DNA of 64,000 nt from a virus. Below are positions 28,022-37,976 of this stretch, piece by piece. Positions within the stretch are counted from its first letter, which is position 1. Each line of letters starts with the position of its first letter. The stretch spans positions 111,261 through 175,260 of IMG/VR virus record IMGVR_UViG_3300044977_000094, one strand, 5' to 3'. The notes beneath the pieces were generated by a model. It worked only from the letters and a program-made list of their open reading frames with translations, was not told where the DNA came from and did no database searches. Made by a program: the position numbers and the translations under genes.

Positions 28022-31000
28022 CTAGCCGCTCAGTGCGAGCGCCAGTTCCCTCTTCATGGCCGCCTTCTCCTCGGCGTTCGGCAGTGCCGACCCGTAGAAG
28101 TTCTGAACCACCTGCTCGCCCCCCATCGGAGTCGACAGGCTGGAGGGGGCAGCGGCATCGCGCTCCAGAGCTACAGTGAGACGCTCGAACAGGTCCGTCT
28201 GGCGCGGCGACAGCACGCGCTCCGGCAGCGGAGTCCCCTTCGGGAGCATCCCCATGCCGGTGGCGATGCCACCTTCATCGAAGGTGCCCCATCCCATGGC
28301 CTTGTAGACGGCGTTGGCCGACGCCATGCGCTGCGGCAGCGAAGAGGTCAGATTCGCTGGCCGCTCGTAGTAGTCCTGGTAGATCTGGGCTGCGTTCGAC
28401 GCGCTGGTGGCACGGTTGACGAGCCCCGGGCCGCCGCCCCACGACAGGATCGCGTTGAGCTGCGTCATCAGGTCCGCCTGAGCGTTCCCGGTGATGTAGC
28501 CGGGCGGGTACGGCGTCCACTGGATCAGGCCACCACCCCCGCCGCCGCCGATCTCCAGGATCTCCGGATTACCGCCCGACTCGGCGTCGATGTTGCCCGC
28601 CACGCCGGCGGCCGCGAACTTGCTGAACCCGTGCGTGGAAAGGAACTGCGCGATCGCCTTCCAGTTCTCCGGCAGCGATCCGACTGCGCCGGAGCTACCG
28701 CCGGGGAGCTGCTGCTGGCCGTGGCCGCCGCCGCCGAAACCGAGCAGGTTGACGATCTGCCCGGCCGCACGGCTGATCAGCGTCTTCGGCAGGCCCAGCA
28801 TCATCTGCCCGAGGTCCCCGGTGGCCTTCGTCCCCACGAACGCGTCGAGCGCGTTCGTCAGAGCACTGGTGTTCCCGGTCGCGAGCGCCGCGACGATCTT
28901 GCCGATGTCGTAGGTCTTCGAGATCGTCGAGGTGACCCCGTGCCAGATGCCCTTCGCCAGGCCAGCGATCCCACCACCACTGAAGCCCATGACGGCATGC
29001 TCGGCGCCGTGCTCCGCTGGCTTCTCGACACCGCGCTTGCGGAGCTGCTTCTTCAACTCCTTCCCGAGCTCGCTCTTGTGCTGGTCGTCGTCGCCCGCGA
29101 TGCCGCCGCCCGCGAAGGCGTGCGGGCCAGACTTCCTGCCATGGCCATAGGTCGCGTTGAGACCGTGGACTGTCTCCGGCCCGATCGCCTGCACGGCCTC
29201 GGGCACAAGGACACCCTCACCGGGACTGAGGACCGCGGGGATGGAGTCATGCCCCGGCGCGTAGCCGGGCAGGACGCCACCACCGGCGAGCTTCGGGATG
29301 TCGGGCAGCGCGATGCTGCCAAGCCCGACCTTATTGACGACCCGGTTCCACAGGTTCTCAATTCCGTCCGTATAGACGCTCGTGATCAGGAAATTCACGG
29401 GCGTCTTAAAGACGTCTTCCAGCTTTCCCCAGATTTCACCCAGGTCGGAAACGAAGCCCTCGGCCCCGGACTTGATTCCGCCCCAGACGTCCTCGACCGT
29501 GGACTTTATGCCGCCCCAAATCGAATTCCAATGCTGGGCCAGTTCGATCAATCCGAGGGCTATCAGGCCATTCGGACCGAGCAACAATAGCAGGTATTTT
29601 CCGAATCCGTCGTAGATAAACTTCCACGCGTCCTCGGCCCAGGTCTTGATGTCCCCCCAGACCTGCTTCCAGTGCGTCGCCAGGTAGATGATCGCCGTGA
29701 CCAGCAGGCCGATCGCGATCGTGATGCCGCCGGTCGCGCCGTCCTCCACCGTTCCGGCCTCGACCGCCGACGCCTCCTCGGCCTCGTTCTCAGCCTCAAC
29801 GGCCGTGGCGTTGGCGCCGTTCTCCTCGGCCATCTCCGCAGAGTCCGCCTCTTCCTCCTGCGTTTCCTTTCCGTAGCCGGTCACGAAATTCTTGACCGAC
29901 GTCGCCGCATTGCCCATCATGGCGCCGATTTTCGACGCCATATTCTGGATCGCCTGGACGCCGTTGCTGGCGAACTGGCCCAGTTTCTGGCCCGCCGTGG
30001 AAAGGTAGCCGGGAAGGGTGGTGGTGAAGAAAGTCGACGTCTTGCCCCAGGCGCCGGAGATGCCCTCGGCGGCCTGCATGCCGCGCAGTCGGATGCCGTC
30101 CCAGACGCCGCCGGGCCCGAAGACCTTGGAGAAGACCCCGGCGACCTTGCCGGGGATGCTCGACAGGCCACTCCACGCCTTGCCGATCTTGGTGGCCATC
30201 GACGACATCTTCCCGGGGATCCCGGTGATCATCTTGTAACCGGCGGAGATCGCCTCGAACGGGGCCTTGCCCCACTTGACGAGCGTCTTCATCGTCAACA
30301 GCCCAGCCACGACGGAGCCGAGTACCTTGGCGACGGTGCCGTTGGGGTGCGCGTTCAGGTACCGGGTCAGCGGCGCCAAAGCGGTCGCCACCAGGCCGAT
30401 GATCGTACCCAGGCCGGGGCCCAGGTTCGAGATGATGTGGCCCGCGGCCTGCAGGAAGCTGTTGATCGGCCCCTGGAAATGGCTGATCGTGCCAGCGAAC
30501 TTCGTCAGCCCATTGGCGATCCCGGCCAGGACCCCGGCGATGCCGTCAACGGCCCCCTTCTTGGAGCCGATCTTCGCCAACTCCTGCACGAACGTGGCGA
30601 AGGCGGGCAGCACGATGTTGGCGAACTTGATGCCGTTGCTGATCAACCCGTCCAGCACGTGGGCGAACTGCGGCGTCGCCATCTGCTTGCCGAACGACGC
30701 GAAGCTCTTGCCGATGGCCTGGCCCATCCGGGTCACACCCTTGGTGATCTCCGGCATCAGCGTCGCCAGACCGGTCAACCACACCGACATGCCCGGCAAC
30801 ACAGCGTTCTGCGCCGAGTCCCGCAGCTTGTCGTACGCGCCCTTCATCCCCAAGATCTGGTTCACGAACGCCCGGCCGGTCGGCGTCAGCCGTGCCATAT
30901 CCTTCGCGAACTCGTTCGCGGCCTCGTTGGACGTGGACTTCGTCGCAGCCATCGCCAGCTGCTGCTCTTTGATGGTGTTGGTGACGTTCCGCTCGGCGAT

Positions 31001-32443
31001 CGCGACCTGCTGCGCGTCCATCTTCTGCTGGAACGCGGCGTGCTCCTGCGCCGCCGCCAACTGCCGCTGCGCCTGCTGGACCTGCGCCGCATTGTTCAGC
31101 TCTGTGACGGTCAGCGTCTGCTGCGCCTCGGAATACTGGGCCTGCGCATCGGTCTGCGCATACGTCGCCGCCACCACGCCCTGCTTGGCCTGGATGACCG
31201 TCTGCGACCCGGCCACGCCCTGCTTGTTCGCCAGGTTCGCCGCATACGCCGCAGCGGTCTCCTGATCGGAGGCGTCCTTGAGCTGCTGCTGAGCCTGCAG
31301 CACCGCCAGCGCCGCCTGCTGGCGGTCGATGCTCGTGCTGTAGGCGTTCTGGTCCACCAGCCGCTGGTTGTACAGGGCCTGCTGGATCGCCAGCTGTGCG
31401 GCCGACACCGACAACTTCGAGTCGGAGAGCTGGTCGTCGAGCTGCGTGATCTGCTCGCGGGCCTGCACCCACGCCTGCGTCAGGTTGTACTGCGCCTCGG
31501 ACAGGCCGTAGTTGGCCTGCTCGACGCCCTGCTCGGCCTGCTTCACCGACTGCAGCGCCTGCACCTGCGCCTGCGCGGCATTACGGGTGACCTCGGCCAG
31601 GTTCGTCTCCGCCGAGGCGATGGACTGGGCAGCGGTGACCGCGTCCTGGCCGGCCTGCTCGCGGGTCGTGGTGACGGTCTGCTGCGCCTGCTGGACCTGA
31701 ACCTGGTTGTCGAAGTTCGTCGACGCCAACTGCGCGCCGGTCAGGCCGACGTTCAGCGCGGACTGGTGCGCCGCCGACAGGGCCTTGGCCACACCACCCA
31801 GTGCCAGGCCACCGGTGACACCCAGGAGCCCCGCGCCCGTGGCTGCGCCCGCCAGGCCGGGCATGAGAGCCCCGACGCCCAGAGTCAGCGCGCCCAGGAA
31901 GCCGCCGCCCTCACCACCACCGCCACCACCCCCGCCGCCTCCACCGCCGGAGGCGCCAAGGGACGGGCCGCCGGACTGCGCCGCGAATGCATCCAGCGCA
32001 GCCTGCGCGGCGGTGAGCCGCTCGTCGAACTCCGTGGTGTCCAGCGTCAGACGCGGATCGGCCCGCCGGGCATCCAGATCGTCCAGCTTGGCCTTGGCAT
32101 CTTCCGACTTGGCGTCGAGGTCGGCCGCCTCAAGGGTGACCTCGGGCCGCGCCTCCTTGCCGTCCAGGTCGTCCAGCTTGGCCTTGGCGTCGTCGACCTT
32201 CGCGTCGAGGTCGGCCGCGTCGAGACTGACCCGCGGCTCGGCGGTGGCACTGCCCAGGTCGTCGACCTTCGCCCGGACATCGTCGGCTTTCGCGTCCAGC
32301 TCGGAGGTGTCCAGGCCGACCTTGACGTCCGCCTCGACACCCGCCACGGCCTCGTCCAGCGCGGCCTGCAACTGCTCCTTGAAGCCCTCCGTGTCGGGGC
32401 TGACCTCCACCCACGCAGACGCGATCTTGAAGCCTTCGGGCAT
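28022..32443 (-). CDS. Tape measure protein with C-terminal phage-tail-lysozyme domain
   Basis: 1473 aa, Ala/Gln coiled coils, hydrophobic repeats; AAGVAGNIDAESG..P...GLIQWT...YERP. Confidence 0.93.
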   Translation of the reverse strand: MPEGFKIASAWVEVSPDTEGFKEQLQAALDEAVAGVEADVKVGLDTSELDAKADDVRAKVDDLGSATAEPRVSLDAADLDAKVDDAKAKLDDLDGKEARPEVTLEAADLDAKSEDAKAKLDDLDARRADPRLTLDTTEFDERLTAAQAALDAFAAQSGGPSLGASGGGGGGGGGGGGEGGGFLGALTLGVGALMPGLAGAATGAGLLGVTGGLALGGVAKALSAAHQSALNVGLTGAQLASTNFDNQVQVQQAQQTVTTTREQAGQDAVTAAQSIASAETNLAEVTRNAAQAQVQALQSVKQAEQGVEQANYGLSEAQYNLTQAWVQAREQITQLDDQLSDSKLSVSAAQLAIQQALYNQRLVDQNAYSTSIDRQQAALAVLQAQQQLKDASDQETAAAYAANLANKQGVAGSQTVIQAKQGVVAATYAQTDAQAQYSEAQQTLTVTELNNAAQVQQAQRQLAAAQEHAAFQQKMDAQQVAIAERNVTNTIKEQQLAMAATKSTSNEAANEFAKDMARLTPTGRAFVNQILGMKGAYDKLRDSAQNAVLPGMSVWLTGLATLMPEITKGVTRMGQAIGKSFASFGKQMATPQFAHVLDGLISNGIKFANIVLPAFATFVQELAKIGSKKGAVDGIAGVLAGIANGLTKFAGTISHFQGPINSFLQAAGHIISNLGPGLGTIIGLVATALAPLTRYLNAHPNGTVAKVLGSVVAGLLTMKTLVKWGKAPFEAISAGYKMITGIPGKMSSMATKIGKAWSGLSSIPGKVAGVFSKVFGPGGVWDGIRLRGMQAAEGISGAWGKTSTFFTTTLPGYLSTAGQKLGQFASNGVQAIQNMASKIGAMMGNAATSVKNFVTGYGKETQEEEADSAEMAEENGANATAVEAENEAEEASAVEAGTVEDGATGGITIAIGLLVTAIIYLATHWKQVWGDIKTWAEDAWKFIYDGFGKYLLLLLGPNGLIALGLIELAQHWNSIWGGIKSTVEDVWGGIKSGAEGFVSDLGEIWGKLEDVFKTPVNFLITSVYTDGIENLWNRVVNKVGLGSIALPDIPKLAGGGVLPGYAPGHDSIPAVLSPGEGVLVPEAVQAIGPETVHGLNATYGHGRKSGPHAFAGGGIAGDDDQHKSELGKELKKQLRKRGVEKPAEHGAEHAVMGFSGGGIAGLAKGIWHGVTSTISKTYDIGKIVAALATGNTSALTNALDAFVGTKATGDLGQMMLGLPKTLISRAAGQIVNLLGFGGGGHGQQQLPGGSSGAVGSLPENWKAIAQFLSTHGFSKFAAAGVAGNIDAESGGNPEILEIGGGGGGGLIQWTPYPPGYITGNAQADLMTQLNAILSWGGGPGLVNRATSASNAAQIYQDYYERPANLTSSLPQRMASANAVYKAMGWGTFDEGGIATGMGMLPKGTPLPERVLSPRQTDLFERLTVALERDAAAPSSLSTPMGGEQVVQNFYGSALPNAEEKAAMKRELALALSG

Positions 32444-32469
32444 GACAGGTCACCCCCCGCCATATCCGG

Positions 32470-32769
32470 TCATCCGAAGCTGAAAACACCGGCAAACGCC
32501 GGCTCCGCCATCAGCGTGGTCCGCGTCCCGGGATTGATCTGATCGCCACCGCGGGCAGGCCCACTGGCTGCCTTCGGAGCGGGACGCCGATCCTTGTTCT
32601 GCTCCGCCAGCGCCCGGGACTGCATGACGCCGGTATAGGCCGGCAGCCGCCACGCCAGCTTGAAGAACGTCGGGCCGTCCAGGGCGGTGGCGTCGTCGAT
32701 CCGGTGGAAAGCGCTCAGGTCACTGGCGATGTCGTCCAGGTAGTCCAGCATCCACGCGACCTGATTCAC
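32470..32769 (-). CDS. Tail assembly chaperone, frameshifted C-terminal part (gpT-like)
   Basis: Lies in the -1 frame of the upstream chaperone, open from the slippery site. Confidence 0.75.
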   Translation of the reverse strand: MNQVAWMLDYLDDIASDLSAFHRIDDATALDGPTFFKLAWRLPAYTGVMQSRALAEQNKDRRPAPKAASGPARGGDQINPGTRTTLMAEPAFAGVFSFG

Positions 32770-32777
32770 GCGCTCTT

Positions 32778-33212
32778 CTAGTCTTTTGGGAGCTCCAGGC
32801 CCCCGAGGGTGATCCGCATCGCGATCTCACCGATCTGCATGAACTGGGCCGGGGTGAGCTCGTCGTACTCCCGCAGCGCCCGGTAGCCCGCATCCCCAAG
32901 GAGCCGGTTCAGCAGGAAGTCGATCGCCGCCAGCTCGCCGCCGGTCCGGAACAGGTGCAGCGCCTCCAGGGCGATGTTCATGCCCGGCTTGGCCTCGATC
33001 GAGTACACGGTGTCGTCGATGCTGAACAGCGGCACCCGCGGCCGTTCAGCCTCCGGCGAGCTGACCAGGCGGATCATCTCGAAGTCCGCCTCGGGGAGCG
33101 GCGCCACCGGCGGCAGCGCCTTCCGTGTCCGTGGAGCCGCCCGCTTCGCCGCAGCGGGCTTCGCTGCCGGGCGCTTGGCGGCCGTCTTGGTGGCCTTCAC
33201 TGTGGCAGCCAT
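32778..33212 (-). CDS. Tail assembly chaperone (gpG-like)
   Basis: Between major tail and tape measure; PLFSID..Y. Confidence 0.8.
   Translation of the reverse strand: MAATVKATKTAAKRPAAKPAAAKRAAPRTRKALPPVAPLPEADFEMIRLVSSPEAERPRVPLFSIDDTVYSIEAKPGMNIALEALHLFRTGGELAAIDFLLNRLLGDAGYRALREYDELTPAQFMQIGEIAMRITLGGLELPKD
32784..32790 (-). other. Programmed -1 ribosomal frameshift heptamer C-CCA-AAA
   Basis: XXXYYYZ site just before the chaperone stop; -1 frame reads PKRLEERVNQVAW into the next ORF. Confidence 0.8.
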
Positions 33213-33241
33213 GCCATCTCTCTTAAGGTCAGGGGGTTGGG

Positions 33242-33841
33242 TCACGCCTGCTGGTCGACGATGTGCACCGGCGTGATCGAGTTCGACACGTAGTAGGCGG
33301 TGAAAGTGACGTCGAGCGCCTGCTGGGTCTTCTTGTCGTACGCCAGGCTGGCCTTGACCTGCGACAGCACCTTGCGGACGATCACGCGTCGCAGGGCCGG
33401 CGCACCGGAGGACAGCATCGGCGCCCACCCGTCGATGATCAGCGCCGCGTAGGTGGGCTGCGTTGCCGCCGAGCTGACCGGGATGTCGAGGGTGGCGTAG
33501 CCGGACCCGCTGCCAGTCGTGCCGATGTTGTTGAGGCTGGTCTGCAGGTTCGCCAGCGTCATCTCGGACAGCTTGGAGGTGACCGTCATCTTCATCTCGG
33601 TCAGGCGCGCGCCGACGTTCATGATGATCTGGTCCACCGACAAGTCGGTGTACGTGTTGTCGGTCTCGAAGGTGACGCCGCCGTCGGTGCCGCCGACGTC
33701 CGTCCAGGGGCTGCTCGGGGGCGTCGACGGCCCGTTGGGGGTGACGGCGGAATCGGCGGGCTCGGACGAGCCGAACGGCGCGACATACAGGCGCGCGGGC
33801 CCAAGGACCAAATTTGCAGCATTCACGCTCAATCGGACCAC
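33242..33841 (-). CDS. Major tail tube protein
   Basis: GPARLYVAP.G..EP, W.DVGGTDGGV, E.TL.NL motifs. Confidence 0.85.
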   Translation of the reverse strand: MVRLSVNAANLVLGPARLYVAPFGSSEPADSAVTPNGPSTPPSSPWTDVGGTDGGVTFETDNTYTDLSVDQIIMNVGARLTEMKMTVTSKLSEMTLANLQTSLNNIGTTGSGSGYATLDIPVSSAATQPTYAALIIDGWAPMLSSGAPALRRVIVRKVLSQVKASLAYDKKTQQALDVTFTAYYVSNSITPVHIVDQQA

Positions 33842-33914
33842 TCCTCAGATTTGGAGCCCATCAAATGTCCAACTGGCGTATGGACTTGAGGCTCAATTGG
33901 TAGAATTTGCAGTC

Positions 33915-34619
33915 ATGAAGACCTGCAAGCGCGGCCACCTATTGACGCCCGAGAACATTGCTCCGAACGGCAGTAGTGGAACCTGTCGGACATGCAAGAA
34001 CCTTCGCGGGAGGGCCCGCTATTGGAAGAACCCTGAGGGAAGCAGGGAGTCCGGACGTCAGCGAATGCGAAAGCATCTTGGCCCGCTCAAAGGGCATGCC
34101 CAGTCCCGCAAGACGCACTGTCCGCAGGGGCATCCATATGACGACGAGAACACTTACGTCAGCCCTCAAGGGCACCGGCAGTGCAAGACGTGCCGACGGT
34201 CCCGCGCCATGGAATCGTGGTGGCGCAACCGAGACAAGCGCACAGCCGAGAACAAGGCCTGGCGCGAGGCTAATCAGGATCGAGTCAGGGCCAGCATTCG
34301 CAGATGGCGCGAGGAGAACCGCGAGCGTTCCAACCTGCTCAGTCGCCTGAAGAAGCAGCGCAAGCGTGCAGCAGGGCGACTGACCGCAGCGGACTGGGAA
34401 CTTGTGATCGCCACCTACGGGGGTGCTTGTCTCAGCTGCGCCAAGCCGGAGGTAACTATCGACCACATAGTTCCAGTTTCGGCAGGCGGTCGAAATGAAA
34501 TCGACAACGTGCAGCCGCTGTGTGGGTTCTGCAACGGAAGCAAAGGGGTGAAGACTATAGACTTTCGGCCCGCCCCCATCGCGGAACTGCTCGCCGAAGC
34601 CGAGAGGTTGGAGCCCTAG
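33915..34619 (+). CDS. HNH endonuclease, antisense insertion in the tail operon
   Basis: KTHCPQGHPY Zn motifs; CLSC...TIDHIVP...GG.N..NVQPLC..CN..K; TAGAAT shortly before ATG; lower GC. Confidence 0.9.
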   Translation: MKTCKRGHLLTPENIAPNGSSGTCRTCKNLRGRARYWKNPEGSRESGRQRMRKHLGPLKGHAQSRKTHCPQGHPYDDENTYVSPQGHRQCKTCRRSRAMESWWRNRDKRTAENKAWREANQDRVRASIRRWREENRERSNLLSRLKKQRKRAAGRLTAADWELVIATYGGACLSCAKPEVTIDHIVPVSAGGRNEIDNVQPLCGFCNGSKGVKTIDFRPAPIAELLAEAERLEP

Positions 34620-34623
34620 GACG

Positions 34624-34989
34624 TTAGAGCACGCCGACGTACTGGAGCAGCGCGAGGGTGATGTTCGCGGGGGTGCCGAACGAGACGGTGATCGTGCCGC
34701 CCGGGGCTTCCTCGTCCGTGGGGAACGGTCCGATGACGTTGGTCGCGCTCGCGGTGAGCGTCGGCGTCAGCGGCGAGACGGCTTGGCCTTCGATGGTGGT
34801 GCCGATGGCGATGCTGCAGGTGCTGCCGCCGGAGCCAACCGCGATGACCAGGAACTCGTGGCCCGTGTTCTGCCAGGTCACACCGGTGTTGGAGCCGACG
34901 ACTCCGGCCGCGATGAGGGTGGTCAGGTTGACGGGGGCGCTGGCGCCCGTCTTGGGCAGCTGCGTGGGGGTGAGAGTCAGGATGCTCAC
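34624..34989 (-). CDS. Small beta-rich virion protein
   Basis: Thr/Gly-rich, NTG.E...IGPFP. Confidence 0.65.
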   Translation of the reverse strand: MSILTLTPTQLPKTGASAPVNLTTLIAAGVVGSNTGVTWQNTGHEFLVIAVGSGGSTCSIAIGTTIEGQAVSPLTPTLTASATNVIGPFPTDEEAPGGTITVSFGTPANITLALLQYVGVL

Positions 34990-35174
34990 GGGGCGCCGTC
35001 CTTCTTGGTGGTGGTCTTGGCGCCGCCGGCCGGCGGCTCGGCGTCGGTGGGGGCCTTCTGGCGGAGGAGGCCCTGCGAGCGCAGAACCGGGACCTCGTCA
35101 GCGGGGACCTTGATGGGGTCGGCGAACATGGTCACGTCGACGGTGACCATGTCGGGGCCGGGCGTGTCGGGCAT
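34986..35174 (-). CDS. Small hypothetical protein
   Basis: Coupled ORF, LRSQGLL motif. Confidence 0.6.
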   Translation of the reverse strand: MPDTPGPDMVTVDVTMFADPIKVPADEVPVLRSQGLLRQKAPTDAEPPAGGAKTTTKKDGAP

Positions 35175-35184
35175 GGGGGTCCTC

Positions 35185-35682
35185 TCAGTCGAGGCGGTCG
35201 TTGACGGTCACCCAGGCCAGAGCCAGGTCGAACTCGTAGCGGGCGTAGTCGCCCTGGTCGTCGTAGATCCGGCGCGCGGTGGTGGCCATGTACGCCGACT
35301 TGACGACCGCGGGCGGGTAGACGACGCCGTTGACGTCGATCACCAGCGGGCGCGAGATGTTGTAGCGGTCCAACGTGGCGCGCCGGATCGCGGACGCCAT
35401 GGCGGCGGCCTTGAGCCACGGCGGTTTGTTGCTGCCGGGAACGGTGGCCCAGCAGTCCACCTGGATCACGGGGCATCCGACGGGCAGCGCATCATCGGGC
35501 GTCCCGCCGGAGACTGCGACGGTCGCGAAGCCGGTGGTGATCCAGGCGGCCGGCGTGCCGGTGTCGTCGACGTCCGGCGGCAGTTGGGTGCCGACCATGG
35601 CGGAGGTGAAGCCGGGGACGGTGGCGATCCACGCCGTCGCGACGAGCTCGTCCGTCGTCTCCAGGGGAAGGGGAGTTGTCAC
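35185..35682 (-). CDS. Tail terminator-like protein
   Basis: Position; VIQVDCWA. Confidence 0.7.
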   Translation of the reverse strand: MTTPLPLETTDELVATAWIATVPGFTSAMVGTQLPPDVDDTGTPAAWITTGFATVAVSGGTPDDALPVGCPVIQVDCWATVPGSNKPPWLKAAAMASAIRRATLDRYNISRPLVIDVNGVVYPPAVVKSAYMATTARRIYDDQGDYARYEFDLALAWVTVNDRLD

Positions 35683-35695
35683 CGCACCCCCCGGT

Positions 35696-36031
35696 CTAGT
35701 CGCCGCGTTCCTGGTAGAGGGCAGGCCGCAGGAAGGGCTGGGGCGGCACGACTTCGGGTCCGGTGATCCCGGTGCTGGGGTGGTAGACCCGGTGGCCGAG
35801 TTCGACGTAGGCGGCGTAGGTGCGCCCCTGGTCGCCGCCGGTGGCGGAGACGATCAGGTTGCCGTCCTCGATGTGGGACTCGATCGAGTCCTTGAGCGAC
35901 CCGGTGCGTTCGGGGCAGTAGCGTGCCGCGTCGCCGGCGATGTCCGGTCCGAGGCGCCATTCGAAGAAGTCCTCGGTGGCCGCGTCGACTTGCTCCGCCC
36001 ACTGGTCGTCCACGGTGACCCGGCTGGCCAT
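35696..36031 (-). CDS. HK97 gp10-like neck protein
   Basis: P.RTGSLKDSI, YAAYVE.G, PQPFLRPAL. Confidence 0.85.
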   Translation of the reverse strand: MASRVTVDDQWAEQVDAATEDFFEWRLGPDIAGDAARYCPERTGSLKDSIESHIEDGNLIVSATGGDQGRTYAAYVELGHRVYHPSTGITGPEVVPPQPFLRPALYQERGD

Positions 36032-36043
36032 GGGGGGAGCCTC

Positions 36044-36400
36044 CTAGTCCGAGCCGGTGCCGACGCCGGAGCGCCAGCGCAGGGTGAGGATCTTGTCGGG
36101 TGGGATGCCGGTGGGTCCGGTGGGCTGGACCTGGATGTCCTGGATCATGTAGTAGTTCCCGCTGATCTCATCCATGATCGTGTCCGAGTCCAGGACATCC
36201 ACCCAGCCCGCGACCACCGCTATGGACGTGCGGATCGTCCGGGGCTGCTGCGTGGCCGGGTCCCACGTCTGCTTGCTGGACTCGTTGACCGCGGCCGGGA
36301 CACCCGTCTTGATCGGCGTACCGACGTCCGACTCGTCGCCGTAGGCGTTCACGGCCGTGCCGCGCATGATGGTCAGTCGAGTGTTGGCGATCTCCATCAT
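36044..36400 (-). CDS. Head closure (head-tail joining) protein
   Basis: Position; NAYGD motif. Confidence 0.65.
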   Translation of the reverse strand: MMEIANTRLTIMRGTAVNAYGDESDVGTPIKTGVPAAVNESSKQTWDPATQQPRTIRTSIAVVAGWVDVLDSDTIMDEISGNYYMIQDIQVQPTGPTGIPPDKILTLRWRSGVGTGSD

Positions 36401-36407
36401 CAGCGGC

Positions 36408-37160
36408 CTACCAGTTGATCAGTGCGGCACTGCCCAGGACACCGGCCGCGTGCAGGATCGCCGCAGCCTGGGGAGCCAGCGGAGGGAACGTCATCGCGGT
36501 CATCGCCGACACCCGCGACGTCGACACGCCGCCCATCGAGGTGCTGCCGTACTGCCGCTTCACGCCCGTCGGATCGTTGTCCGCCAGCATGAACTGGCAC
36601 TGCGCACTGGTGGCCCGGGACAGGACGTCGATCAGCAGCGGATCGGTCGGCATGCCGTTGGCGTTCGTGGCGTACACGGCGCCGATCAGGTAGTGGTCCA
36701 TCGCTTCCGACGCCCGCTGGAGCGTCACGCAGACCAGGTCATCAGGCGTGAACTGGTCCCCCGACCAAGCCCGGTAGGCCGCCACCGTGGCGTACATGCC
36801 GGGAGCCGGCGACCCCGACGCGACCGCGGCGACGGTCACCGTCCACACGTAGTTCACTGCCGTACCGCCGACCGTGCCGGACCAGGTGACCAGGTAGTCA
36901 CCGACGGACTGCCCGGCGGGGCACGACCACACGTACTGGAACAGGCCGTTCCCGTCGAGTCCCACCACCCCGGTGGAGGTGGTGGCCACCGGCGTGCCCG
37001 TGCCGCCGCTGGCCGTTGCAGCGGCGGAGATGGTCACCGTCACGCCGGATGCCGGGGCCCCCTGGCCGGAGCCGGGGAAGGTCTCGAACAGCTGCGTGAG
37101 GCTGATCTGTGCGCCCTGCAGGACGTCGGACTGCTGGTTGCCCAGGATCGTGAACGACAT
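36408..37160 (-). CDS. Head-tail connector with N-terminal Ig-like domain
   Basis: C-terminal YATV...L.RAS..D...AT..Q...S.GGVS connector motif. Confidence 0.75.
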   Translation of the reverse strand: MSFTILGNQQSDVLQGAQISLTQLFETFPGSGQGAPASGVTVTISAAATASGGTGTPVATTSTGVVGLDGNGLFQYVWSCPAGQSVGDYLVTWSGTVGGTAVNYVWTVTVAAVASGSPAPGMYATVAAYRAWSGDQFTPDDLVCVTLQRASEAMDHYLIGAVYATNANGMPTDPLLIDVLSRATSAQCQFMLADNDPTGVKRQYGSTSMGGVSTSRVSAMTAMTFPPLAPQAAAILHAAGVLGSAALINW

Positions 37161-37174
37161 GACCGGCCCACCCC

Positions 37175-37507
37175 TCAGGTGTTGTGCGCCCCGGTGAGCA
37201 GGTCGATGAGTTCGGCCTTGGTCAGGGCGACCGCAGCGGCGCGGTCCATGCCCTGCGACACGGCGAACTCCGTCCACGTCGCCCGGTTGTCGGCCCGCTT
37301 GGGCAGCGGGACGGCGTCGGGAACATCGACGGCCTCGGCGGGTTCCGGCTCGTCGTGGCCCGGCTCGCGCCACGGCGACCCGTCCTCGTTGACCTGCACC
37401 AGGTCGCCCCGGTGCAGGCGGTGGGCAATGCCCGGGGGGAGCGGCACGTCGAAGCAGTGCAGCGCGCCGTTCTCCCCCCGGATCCACATCGTGTCAGCCA
37501 TCGTCAC
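37175..37507 (-). CDS. Hypothetical protein with C-terminal HeH-like motif
   Basis: P.R....W..FA...G....A..LTKAELI. Confidence 0.65.
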   Translation of the reverse strand: MTMADTMWIRGENGALHCFDVPLPPGIAHRLHRGDLVQVNEDGSPWREPGHDEPEPAEAVDVPDAVPLPKRADNRATWTEFAVSQGMDRAAAVALTKAELIDLLTGAHNT

Positions 37508-37956
37508 ACCAGGTTGAACGGCAGCTCGTACGCCAGGACCGTGACGCTGGTGGTCTGGGAGAAGTCCAGGAACAGGTAGGTGTTCCCGGACGAGTCGGTC
37601 TGGATGAACCGGTCGCTGGTGAGCGGACCGACGTCCAGGGTGGCGGAGGTGGTGGACGCGGACACGAGGTCGCCCTGCGAGCCCCAGCTGAACACGGCGT
37701 TGCTGGGGTAGGGGCTGGTCTGTGCCGCACCAGACACGTTGACGCCGTTGCCGTTGGCACGGATGGTGACCACGGTCGCGGTCGAGCCGATGATGAAGCG
37801 CAGCAGGAGCTTGCGCAGGTCGATCGTGGAGGACGGCGAGGACGCGTTGACGCCCTGGATGTACATGGTCGAGGCGGCGGCGCTGGCCGCGGACTCGGTG
37901 ACGCCGAAGCTGTCCCGGACGAGCTGGACGGGAGTGAGCTGGGTACGTGCGGTCAT
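37504..37956 (-). CDS. Putative capsid decoration protein
   Basis: Directly after major capsid; beta-rich, GPL.S.RF.Q. Confidence 0.6.
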   Translation of the reverse strand: MTARTQLTPVQLVRDSFGVTESAASAAASTMYIQGVNASSPSSTIDLRKLLLRFIIGSTATVVTIRANGNGVNVSGAAQTSPYPSNAVFSWGSQGDLVSASTTSATLDVGPLTSDRFIQTDSSGNTYLFLDFSQTTSVTVLAYELPFNLV

Positions 37957-37976
37957 GACGGGTTACTCCCTTCTGC

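Noticed and set aside
29672-32542. Long plus-strand ORFs (956 aa here; also 21957-23948, 41878-43983, 53077-55281)
   Set aside because: Antisense shadows of real minus-strand genes, expected in high-GC DNA
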